DNA from: Azolla caroliniana
Lineage: Eukaryota; Plantae; Polypodiophyta
DNA length: 64,000 nt
NCBI GenBank assembly: GCA_043228905.1
Contig: JBHGNT010000001.1
Span: 24,056,001 to 24,120,000 of the forward strand
Reading direction: 5' to 3'
Shown here: positions 10,301 through 20,600 of the stretch, piece by piece
Position numbering within the stretch: position 1 is the first letter of the stretch
Layout: each line of letters opens with the position of its first letter
Translations under genes and position numbers: made by a program
The notes under the pieces: generated by a model
Seen by the model: only the letters and a program-made list of their open reading frames with translations
Databases searched by the model: none
What the model was told of the DNA's origin: nothing

Positions 10301-10936
10301 CCTGAACTCCCAAAAAACCCAGCTGCTGAAGATCGGCTCACTCGACTCCAAGAAGTTCAGGATATGCTTTTGCATCATTTATGTGAAGCCCAAAACACTC
10401 AAAAGAAGATTGCTGACCGTCATCGGCATGATTCATCGACTACATTTCAAGTAGGCGATCGTGTATGGCTCTTACAAGGTAGCATTAAAACGACCCGACC
10501 TTGCTACAAATTGGATTATCAACGTTTTGGCCCATATGTCATAAGTGGTAAGATCAATGATGTGACATTTCGACTTGATCTTCCTCCTCATATGCGTCTT
10601 CACCCGGTCTTCCATGTTTCACTTTTGGAGCCTTACACAACGAGCTCTATTCCGGGTCGTGTTACACCTCCCCCACCTCCAATTGACGTTTCCAATGGCT
10701 CTGAATATGAGGTTGCCGCTATCCTCGACTCCAAGATCATTCGCAACAAACTATACTACTTGGTTGATTGGTTAGGCTATACACCTAATGATCGAACATG
10801 GGAGCCTGCCGAACATCTTGCCAATGCCTCCGACATGGTTGTTGCATTTCACAACCAATATCCTCATAAACCAAGTCTGAACTCTTTTCTTCCGACTCGT
10901 GCAACTCGTCATCGAAAAGGGGGGATAATGTCATGA
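7268..10936 (+). CDS. pol of element A (protease, RT, RNase H, integrase, chromodomain), intact; probably reached by -1 frameshift
   Basis: LLDSGA protease, YLDD RT, ADASD/DALSR RNase H, HHCC + DFITDL..SDRD..E integrase, GPY motif, YEVAAILDS..YLVDWLGY..TWEP chromodomain; frame is open from 7268 and overlaps the gag end in the -1 frame. Confidence 0.95.
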   Translation, partial: CLEPIRGCVKRISPAKIGAIWLDHPSYVESIPSCGSIASNQVSRVFSAQVELSTSTGHRALASALLDSGANSCFMDREFALTQNIILKKLPNPVAVGVIDGRPIASGDIVEESEPIRVVLGNLASVISFNIISSPEHSLVLGLPWFELHNPTIDWRKRTIEEVTVQSKSLEAPTKDLGSPTISTISIHQLREDGRKEDMMVFAVLATPSSSSQELGVQLPKKYIEFSDVFDKVKANRLPEHRPYDCPIDLQPGKEPPWGPIYNLSPTELEVLREYINENLANGFIQHSKSPAGAPIFFVKKKDGTLRMVVDYRGLNKVTVRNRYALPLISSLLERLSEAKYFTKLDLRGAYNLVRIRPGDEWKTAFRTRYGHFEYTVMPFGLTNAPAVFQHMANDIFRDFLDIFIIVYLDDILIYSKTQEEHDIHVRQVLQRLREYGLYAKLEKCSFDQRQVEFLGYIVSSNGISMDPSKVQTILDWQTPQSVRDVQCFLGFANFYRKFIKDYSKIVLPLTQLTHKNRSFVWSIDANSAFEGLKQAFTSAPILIHVDPMRRFILEADASDFALGSVLSQIGDDGELHPVAFHSRKFEAAEINYEIHDKELLAIVDSFQQWRHFLEGSSQQIIVYNDHKNLTYFQSARVLNRRQARWAQFLTRFDFVILYRPGMQQGKADALSRRSYMELQPGEAAFESQKQILLGPDRLRIMAMHTINTPGDSRLLDSIREQIATDAFAQEVLSHIIPNRASSSQTQNPRLDYTQFSWHDGLLFRQTLLYVPDGPSRLKVMQQCHDTPMAGHFGIHKTFELISRRYWWPRLRHFVTDYVRSCDTCCRSKKPRHHPYGLLQPMPIPESPWKSISLDFITDLPPSKAFDSILTVVDRFTKMAHFLPCTKTITSQETADLLMREVFRHHGLPDDIISDRDPQFISKFWRHMFRLLHTSCKLSSGYHPETNGQSERTNQTVEQYLRCFVNYQQDDWVDLLPLAEFAYNNSEHSSTGYSPFFANIGYHPRWTMLEHPELPKNPAAEDRLTRLQEVQDMLLHHLCEAQNTQKKIADRHRHDSSTTFQVGDRVWLLQGSIKTTRPCYKLDYQRFGPYVISGKINDVTFRLDLPPHMRLHPVFHVSLLEPYTTSSIPGRVTPPPPPIDVSNGSEYEVAAILDSKIIRNKLYYLVDWLGYTPNDRTWEPAEHLANASDMVVAFHNQYPHKPSLNSFLPTRATRHRKGGIMS

Positions 10937-11475
10937 AGACATACATCTTGGCTTATCATGACATTCATCTTGGCGAACCAGGAATCGAACCCGTAACCTC
11001 TTGGTTTACATATTGTACTTTAACCATTGTAATAACATATGTGAGATGTAATCATGATAATTATATGTTTAGTTATTACGAGATATTTAGAACATTCTAG
11101 ATTATTCTAGAATGTTCTTGAATATTTCATGATTATATTTATTATTATTATTATTCATAAATATCTAAAATATTCTAGAACATTCTAGAATACTCCATAA
11201 GGGCCTATAAATAAGAGTCCATACACTCATCACAACTCATTCGGTTCAACACCAGTCTTTAGCCCTTAGCCTACTCCTTGTAATCTTCTTTCTCATAATA
11301 TAATCGCATTCCCATTTCTTATCTCTCACTTATACTTTTCTCTCTCTCGCACTCTCTCCCTCTTTCACTCTCTTTCTATCACTATCGCTATCTCTACCGC
11401 TCTCGCCATCTCTATCGTTATCGTTATCTCTATCGCCATCGCTCTCTCTCTGTTTCCTACTCAAGAGTCACGACA
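10929..11475 (+). repeat. 3' LTR of element A
   Basis: Copy of 5338-5884, followed by TSD CCCGG. Confidence 0.97.
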
Positions 11476-12091
11476 CCCGGTATCTGGGATATTGGAACGG
11501 CAGATCGTCGTCTGGTGTTGGTACGCGAGCTGGTGGTGTCGGTGGTCTTTCCTCCTCCTTTGTCGGTGTCGGAGGTCTTTCTCGGTCCTCTGTCGCCGTC
11601 GGAGGTCTTTCCTGCTCCTCTTTCGGTGTCAGAGGCTTCTCCTCCTCGACTTCTGGTTCTGGAGTGTGCTCGACTTCTGGTGTCGAAGGTTCCAGCCTTG
11701 TCAATTCTAGTTCTGGTGTCAGCAAGGTATCTGACTCCTTGTCCTCTGGTCCGTTTGGGGTGTCATTACTGCTACGGTAATTCGTATGTGCACTGTATTC
11801 CCCTTTCGAATCCGATCCAAAAGCCGAAAATGCTTTGGATTCGCCTTCGCCCGCTGCCAATGCCTGGAGAAGGGATTCCACTTCCCGAAGGCTGCTTAGG
11901 CTGCTTCCTTCATCCGGGTAGTCGTTTTGTGGTAACCGAAGTGACTCCTTGGCCACTCTCCGGATCACCTTGGAAAATGAGCAATCTGCTCTGATTTCTT
12001 CTGCCGCTTGCTGGAAAGCCTCTCGCTTCCTCAATCGTTCAGCAAGTCTCCTTGCTCGCTCCGTAACCGGGTATTTCGTTGGTCTAGTCAT
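11476..12091 (-). pseudogene. Element E gag N-terminus (interrupted by A)
   Basis: ATG at 12091 just downstream of PBS TGGCGACCAC; Pro/Glu-rich ERPPTP repeats; the frame resumes at 5337 beyond the CCCGG TSD. Confidence 0.7.
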
Positions 12092-12146
12092 CCATTCCTG
12101 CCGATGTTCGTTGCGATTGTGCAGGAATCGTGGTCGCCAATAACTG

Positions 12147-12586
12147 TGTTATTCCTTAGGGTCGGACAATGTCCTAACACAAGGTGTCTATGGAAGACAC
12201 TTCACCAAAGGGGTGTTACGGCGAGATAACTTAAGACACAACGATTAATCAGACTTAATTGGTTACTTAGCAATATGGCATTAGACTTGATACACGCATA
12301 TGATAGAACAATTAGTACAGAATGGTAATCAATACTTAAAGATAAAACAAGAAGCTCTATTAATTATCCGTCAAGTTTTACATTGCAACCAGGCCTTTAT
12401 ATAGGTCACCGGTGCTGAGTACAAAACGGTGCCAACCGGCACTTGTTCGGAACCGGTCGGATCCGGATCGGCATACCAATTCCGGTCCGTTCGTTCACGT
12501 CTCATAAACTACTTCATTATAATCTATTCCGAATAACCCATCCCTTTCACATTCTGGTCTTTAACTCCTTTGCCGGCCAGGTAACA
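12147..12586 (-). repeat. LTR of element E, flanked by internal sequence on both sides (LTR shared by tandem units)
   Basis: TGTTA..GTAACA ends; homologous to the solo LTR at 26193-26655, which fixes its boundaries; minus-strand CTATATAAAG TATA; PBS TGGCGACCAC (-) at 12130-12139; TGGCACGCCCGTGGGAC (+) at 12589-12605. Confidence 0.85.
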
Positions 12587-14300
12587 CATGGCACGCCCGT
12601 GGGACAGTACCTTGTACGTCGAATCCCACTATCCGGCCCTTAGCCTTCGTCCAAGATATCCAGAATACTTTACTCCAGGGTATCCAATGGTTCTTCGGAA
12701 ATCTGTTGTTGTTGTTGTGGCTGTTGTTGCTGTTGTGGTTGCTGTTGTTGTGGCTTAGGCTCCTCCGACTGTTACTCCTTAGATGGCGTCTGTTCGGCTT
12801 CCGGTCCCGATGGCCTGTCTGCTTCCCCAGCCTTGTCCGGCTATTTCGACCAGTTTTCAGCCATTTCGACCACTCCGGTTGCTCCTGTCCGGTCACTCTC
12901 CAGCCTATCTAACCACTCGAACTGTTGTCCGGTCGTCTCCATCTTTGTTGTTGTTCGACACGAACAACCATGCCTTTCCGGCTGTATCCGTCCGGTTCAT
13001 TCCATTTTGTTTTTCCGTTTCTTCTATCCGGACCATTCCATCGTGTTTATGTGTTTTTCTCCTGCCCCCGTCTGTGGCTTTCTGCATCACGTCGTCTCGT
13101 CTGACTTCTCCGTTTCTAGCTATGTCGTGTGTCTGTTTGGCATGTTCGATCGTCCCTTTGTTGTCCAGCCCGTCCATTGTCCGCCTTTGTCTAGTGTCTA
13201 TCTGGCCGGCCAATCTGGCCATCTTCATCTCCGTTCTGGTTGCGGTTCGGCTGTGTCTTTTCGGCCACCTTTGCAACCTTCTGATCATCGTTGCTATTCT
13301 GGCCATCATCCGTCCGGTGTTGTTGGTTCCTCTGGTCATCGATGTCTGGTTTGCGTTTGCATCTCTTCTCTGTCTTCTATGGTGACCACTTTGCCGTTTT
13401 GGTTCTGGTTGCACCTCCGTTGGCTGCTCCGCCTCTGATTGTTGTTGACTTGCCAGTGCAGAAGTCAACTGTACTATGGGCGCTTGACTTTCGGGTCTTG
13501 CCGTATCCTAACCCGCCAGTATAGCTTGTTGTGTAGGGAGCTTTGTGACCGGTTCCGGTTCCACCCTTGGTGCGGGATGCTCAGTGCGGGGTAGAGGCGT
13601 CCCATCCTTCTTTGGGTCCGAATGCTCCCCAGCCTGTTCTGAGGTGCTTGCCTTCTGGCGCCGCTGGAGGTGCTTTAACGCTTCCTCCTCCGCTTCCTCC
13701 TCCTGAGTCCCGATGTTGATTTTTGCTGCCAAGGGGTTCGGTTCTTGTTGCACCGGTCGGTGAAGTTTGATCTTGATAGGCCGTGTCGGTGTCTCCTCCT
13801 ACATTTCCATCTGCCACTTCCGACTGGCGCGCTCTTTTGCCGCATTGTCCATGTCGGCCGCCTTCCCTTTGGGTGCCTTAGAAGCCAACAACTGCTGTTG
13901 TTTCGAAGCCGTTTTCGGGGTGCCTTCGTTCGTTCTCCCCCGCTTCGTGGTCTTGGTGGGCTCAATAGGTGGCGTCAATAGGGTGAGCCATTGTGCCATT
14001 GCAGTCCATATACAGAGTTGATGGCCACACAGAGGCCGTCCGCAATCAGTACCGGTTAGTCCACCTTCACGCCTTCATACGTTGCTATGATTAAGCCGGC
14101 CCAGTTCTAAGGCATGCACGGGGGTCGAGGGTATACATGTCCAAATTCATGGAGCACATAGGAAATCTCTCGAAATAATGTATCTTCGCCGCCCTGTGTC
14201 CTGTAAACCTTGCTGGCCAGGGAGTATTCACCAAAATATTTTCGAAGCTGCTCCAGGGTAGGATTGTCGATAGTGAAGATGCCTCCCTCCGGAAGGCCGA
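12587..14300 (-). mobile_element. 3' internal region of an upstream E unit with a decayed accessory ORF
   Basis: Minus frames IGLPEGG..FGEY..AGLIIATYEGVKVD*PVLIADGL resemble extra ORFs of Athila/Tat-type elements; Gln-rich and CCGG-rich low-complexity sequence. Confidence 0.55.
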
Positions 14301-14302
14301 TC

Positions 14303-14794
14303 AAAGCATGGATGGCAACAATGTTTGTGTGAGGTTGCGATTAGTGTCCATGTGCGTGTTTCCGAAAGCGGTTAGCGACAATGTGCATGTTCTCAAAAGC
14401 GTGGTGCAAGATGCACGGCTAGACAAACAGCAACGCAAAGGGAACCGGTGCCAGCACAACCGGAAAGAGAAGCCCACCAGGAGACTACGGAGAAAGTCGC
14501 AGTGTGTGGAGCGGAGACCGGCAGGATGTGCTGAGAATGCACAGGCAATGATTCCAGAAGAAACAACGCGGAGAGAGTCGGAACCGGAATCGGAACAAGA
14601 ACCAGAGTTGGTTAACACTGAAGGACCATAGAAGACAGAGAAGAGATGCAAATGCAAACCAGACATCAATGACCAGAGAAACCAACAGCACCGGACGGAT
14701 GACGACCAGAATAGCAACGATGATCAGAAGGTTGCAGAGGCGGCCAAAAAGACACAGCCAAACCGCAACCAGAACGGAGATGAAGATGGCCAGA
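14303..14794 (+). mobile_element. Inverted fragment of D/E-family internal sequence
   Basis: 14303-14650 is the reverse complement of ~27480-27830 (element D); 14625-14794 is the reverse complement of 13214-13383. Confidence 0.8.
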
Positions 14795-16209
14795 TACAAC
14801 AGGAAATGGGTGCCGATGTTGCTTGCCGAATTGGCAAGGGGCACACACGCCTTCAATCTCTTTCTCCTTGAATGTTGCGAGCCCGATGACGACTCCTTTC
14901 ATTTGCATTGCCTTGCGCTTTTGGAGGTTGATATGGCTAATTCGCTTGTGCCATAACTCTATGTTGGAATCAACTTTCATGCCCTTTGCGAACATGGCTG
15001 ATTTCATCTTGTGCGAGTCGAGAATGAACATTCGGCCCTCTTTTCGTCCGCGAGCGATGAGTCGGCCCTCTTTTTCAATGAAGCAACCACCTTGATTAAA
15101 TCGTACTTGCATCCCTTACTCAACCATTTGGCCAATGGAGACCAAATTCTTCGTAATGGGTGGTACATGCAAGACATTTTTAATCAAAGTTTCATTACCT
15201 TCTTTGCCGAATGGGACATTGTCGATGTGTCGAATCGGATGCGTAGTGTCGTCTTCGGTTTCGACATTGTCGGGTCCTCCTGGGTCTCGAAGTTCTCGGA
15301 ACCATTCTTAATGAGACGTCATATGGTTCAAGGCACCGGAGTCAACGAACCATAGGCACTAGTTGAAGTAGAGGCCGACATAGAATTTGCTCTATGTCTC
15401 ATCACGAACATTCCGCTACGATCGTCATAGTCGGAGTTGGTGGCGTAATTGGTGAGTTGTCGGCTAGTGGAAGCCGACTCGCGCATCTTCTTATGGCACT
15501 CTTCTTCGTGGTGTCCGATTTTCCGCAATATCCGCATTCGACCGAGTTTTGTCGGATCGGACCAGAATGGAAGCTCCCCCTTCTTCCGAAGGTTCCTTGA
15601 TGGCTTCCATCTTGATTCTGAAATTGTGAGTTGTTTTCGTAAGTCGGGCCTTGTCTGCCTCATCATTGGCCGAATTGGCCTCTTCTTGCACGATCACGTC
15701 CTCTTCCTCCGTCCGAGTGTGAGTAAAGCATGTGGCTATCATGTGTATACAAAACCCAATAAGCTTTATGATGATTCGAACCCATGACCTCCTCAAAGAA
15801 GGCCTACAACCCCATCCATTAGGATACATCATATTGTATATATTAAATAATAAATTCTATTATATCAATAGGAAATACATATAATAATATTATTGAAATG
15901 TCACCACCTTGCATAGGCTAACGCATGATTGCCAAGGGGCATGCTTGCGTGAATGCCAAGTGGCGATCATGCATGTATCCAAACCATGCTATATAAACAT
16001 GTATTTGACTATTGATGAACCATTCTGGTTCAACGCTAGTCTTCGGCATATTCTTGTAAACATTGCTCTCGTTGTTAATACATTATCAAATTCTTCTTAT
16101 CTCTCTCATATCTTTAACTTCTCATTCTCTTCTTCATTTTAAAACTCGTTCCTAACTTTGGCCCTGATAGTTTGAACCAGAATTTTCCTACCTTCTCTCT
16201 TTCTTCCTT

Positions 16210-16254
<45 letters not shown>

Positions 16255-17662
16255 GTGTCTCTTTCACTCTCTTCTCCTTCCTTCCTTCTCCTTGAGAATC
16301 TTGCCAAACGTTATCCTCTCCATGGTGTCAGTTACCAAGCAAGAGTATGTTCGAGTCGTCTCTGAACTAGAGCATCTCGCAAATAAGTTTGTGGCGTTAG
16401 AACAAGAGAATCAACGATTGCTTAGAGATTTGCAACAAGTAAGCATAGAAAAGGCACAACAATATGAAGAGTTATCGACACGTGTATTGCAACTCGAAAC
16501 AAAATTGTGGTCTCTTCATCAACAAGCTTCAATGCAACAAACCTCTCCCAAAGAACCGAAGATTTGTTTGCCTGGGAAGTTCAATGGTAATCGATCATAG
16601 TTTCGAGGGTTTCTAAACCAATTACGTCTAGTAATTCATATGCACCCTAATAGGTATCTGATTGATGCAGCTCAAGTTGGACTAGTTGGGACCCTCTTAA
16701 CAAGAACTGCATTAGCGTGGTTTGCACCATTGCTAGAAAAGAAGTCTCCTCTTCTCCAAGACTTCGAAGGTTTTATTAGAGAATTTCAAGCAAACTTTGG
16801 AGACACTGATAGTGTTAGAACAATGATTAACAAGATTCGAAGATTGCGTCAAGGGGACTGTCCTGCCTGTGCCTATGCCACATATTTCCGCCTCCTAGCT
16901 TGTGATATTCCGTGGGATGAAGAAGCCTTAATGGATCAATTTCGCTATGGATGAAGAAATGATGTAAAGGATTTGCTATTAACTTTTCATGAAGATCCAA
17001 GATCACTTACAGAAGCGATAAGTCATGTAGTGCAATGTGACAACCGCTTATTCGAGCGATGTTCGGAGCGTCAATTAATGTCACAACCAAGAACGAATCA
17101 AACATATGCTTCGGTAGTAGCCTCGACACCTACGAGCACTACCCAAACTTCACACATGATTCCATCAGGTGGACCAAGTCCCAATGGAGATCGATGTAAC
17201 ACGTCGTCGAGGGCCTTTATCTAAAGCTGAGACGTCGAGTAAACCATCTATGTTTGTATTGTGGTGGTCCAAGACACATCGCGATCACATGTCCACATAG
17301 GCCAAAACGACAAGTAAATCAAGTAAGTATTAGTGAGAATCTTCATTCCAATTCTCCAGTTAGATCGTCTAGCCCTAGTAGTCCCACATGTCATGGTCAG
17401 TCCAATAGTTTTGAAGTCTTGAGTCAACTTCATGAAATATTAAACGATTAAGTCCAACCAAAATCGGAGCCATTTGGTTGGACAATCTTGAATACGTAAA
17501 GTCAATCCCAAGTAGTGGTTCCATTTTATCGAATCATGTTAGCAGAGTTTCTTCAGCACAAGTTGAGCTTAGCACTTCTAGGTGTCATCGAGTTCTTGCT
17601 TCTACTCTCTCAGATTCAGGAGCCAACTCTTGTTTTATGGACAAAGAATTTGCTTTATCCAA

Positions 17663-20600
17663 TGTCGCGTTACTACGCGCGTGCGTGGAGAAACGAGGCG
17701 GGACCACCGGGGTCTTGAACCGAAGAGCAGGTGATAGGAGGGGGAAGAGAAAGAGAGGGACGACCGGTTACGTATGAGCAAAGAAACACAGGGACACGGC
17801 CCGTCAACGCAAAAAACACGAATGGACACAGAGGCAGAGAGACACGAATGTTTGTATATTAACAAATGACACAAAACAACAGAGCACGCGAGCGGTTACA
17901 ACAGAACAGGCCGGCGAACAGATGTCGATGCCTGCTCGTCTGGGCACGAAAGGGGATAGGATGGAGGTGCTGCCGGAAGCACACGGGCGTTCCTCGAAGC
18001 AACGTGAGCCTCCCGAAAACCTGCAGAGAAGAGCGATGGAGAATGAACAGAGGAGAAGCGTTCGGTTACAGTCCGACAACACTTCGTCCTCCTCAATGCG
18101 CGATCCCTTTCTCCCCGCGCCTCCCTCTCTTTTATAGCTCCAAGAAGGGAGCCATTTCCCTCATTAACTTCCTACCTACCGAATCTAACTACCTAGGATA
18201 TACCTTTGTACCTAATCCTTTATTATATACATCAGAGGGCGCGCACGCGTGAAGAGCCGGTTCGCTCGCGCTATACATCGATTGCGTTAAGGGACGGTTC
18301 GCGCGCGCTATACACCGATTGCGCTAAGGGACGGTTTTCTTCACGACATCCGTCCGTACCCGATCTTCCCGACGCACCCGTACCCGCATATCACGTCCTC
18401 GATCAGGAACCGACACACGGCCGTGGTCGTTTTGTTCTGCAGGGCTCGGCCTTCCACCTGGTTCGTCAAGTCCTCCCGGGCCAGCACCAGATATCGCATC
18501 TGCCCTACGCCCATCGGCATCGTCACCAAATCTACCATCCATTTGAAGTGGATGGCCAGAGGGTATGTAGGGTGAAGCTCGTCCCGATGTCGGACTATGG
18601 AGTGTATCTGACAGCTCTCACAAGTTGTCACGAACCGATGCACGTCCCGGTATAATCCCGGCCACCAATACTTCCCCTTTAGTTTCTCGAACGTGGCCCA
18701 CGTCCCACGGTGTCCAGCCCAGGGGCTGTCGTGGTAGGCCTTCAGCAACTCCTCATGTTCCTCCTTCATCGCCACTACTCGGAGCGGGATGTCGTTTCTC
18801 TTCTTCGGGTGCTTCCACAAGTATCCGTCCCGAAGAAAGAATCGGTACGCTTTCTTCCGGATCCGGTTGGCCTCGTTCTTTGTCCATGACACATCCGGCG
18901 TCATGGTCCTTAAGAATCCCCCAATCTGCAGCCACTCCCCGTCGTACTTGCTCTCGTTGTAATCGTTAAGCGCCGGAGTGCTCCCCCCCTCGGTTGTTAC
19001 GTAAGCCACCTCGAAGAAGTCCACGCCGACTTCCTCGTCCTCCGAAACCATGCCGCCCTCGTCGTCAAGTCGCGCCCTCGAAAGCATGTCGGCCATGGCA
19101 TTGTCTTTCCCGGAAATGTGTCATATTTCCGGGCACAGGGACTTGATGTACGCTATCCACCTGAGCATTGCCAGGTCCGGGGTTGCGCATCCGGAAACCA
19201 TGCCGAGAATCGGCAGGCAGTCCGTCTTGATAATCACTTCTGTCCCGATCAGATAGTCTTTATCGGCCTTCACTGCCGAAACGATACCCCAGAGTTCGCG
19301 TTTAACCTGGGCGTATCCTCGCTGTCACTCGTTGAGGACCTTCGCGCCGAACCGGATTGGGAACCGAATGCCGTCCTCATTTTCTTGGTTGAGGACCCAT
19401 CCGATCCCGGTCGGACTCGTATCTACCGTCATGTAGATGGGAGTACCTTTCTCGTAGACAGCCTTCCAGAGTGCCGGAGCTGCAGCAAGAGCCTTCTTCA
19501 TCTTTCGGACCGACTCCGTATGCTCGTCCCGCCACTCGAATTTTCGCCCCTTTTTCAGCAACCCGTATAGGGGCTCGGCAACGTGGGCGTAATGCAGGAT
19601 CCATATGTGGTAGAAAGCGCATGCTCCCAAGAACCTCCGTACCTCCGTGACCGAGTTACAGTCGGGCTTCATTGCGGAGATGGCTTCTACCTTAGCCGGA
19701 GACGGTTTCCGGCCATACGGTCCGCATAGATGTCCAATGACCATGATCTCCGATTGCCCGAAGGCCGATTTCTCCCCGGAGAAGGTGAGCCTCGCGTCCT
19801 CTAGCCTCTGTAGCACCCTCTTGCAGTCGTCAATGTGTGTCGCCAGGAATTTCCGGCATCCGTCCGGTCCGATCATTTCGTCCCTTTTCTCCACCGGACA
19901 TCCCTTGATCGAGATGTCGTCCAAGAATGGCATGGTGATGTCCGGGATACAATCCCTTAGCACCTTGTTCATCGCATTCACCATGTGGGCCACCGAGTTC
20001 GTCCCTCCTTGTGGCAGGGTACACATCCGCACTAGGCCGAGAGGAGTCCGCATCGTCGTAATGTCTCTGCTCTCTACAGCTAGTTGGAACTAATTGTACC
20101 CCGAGTACAGATCCCCCACCGAGTAGATCGACCTTCCTACGAAGGCCTCCGCGAACTCGTCTATCGTTGGTCCGATTCCTGCGTTCCAAATGGTCACTCT
20201 GTTGACCGGTTGCAGGTCTTGAATGAAGCGCAACGTCTCGTTCTTCTTCGGTACGGTAAACCACTGGTTCGAGTACGGGGCACTCGACGGTTCGAGGATG
20301 CCCATATCGACTTTCTGTCTCAATAGCTCCATCAGCTCCGGGATGTGAGCTCTCGGTACCGGAATTGGTTTGAGATTCCACAGCACATGCGGTACCGTGA
20401 ATATCACCATCGGCTTCACGACTGTCGGGTCTACGCACCCGATCTCTTCCGGTGACAATGCAAAGGTTTTCCCGTGCCTTCCGAGAATTCTCCGAAACCG
20501 GTCTTCTTCCGCCGACAGTAGGAAACCGCCCCCACCGATTTTTAGCTCCCGTAGCGTTCTATCAGTGAAGGTGTGTCCTATGCAGGCCGGATCTCGTAAA

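Larger units (their letters stand above)
5338..11475 (+). mobile_element. Element A: full-length Ty3/gypsy chromovirus (Tcn1-like), very recent insertion
   Basis: 547-bp LTRs TGTCA..CGACA at 5338-5884 and 10929-11475 with no differences I could see; TSD CCCGG (5333-5337/11476-11480); PPT AAAAGGGGGGATAA before the 3' LTR; PR-RT-RH-IN-chromodomain order. Confidence 0.97.
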
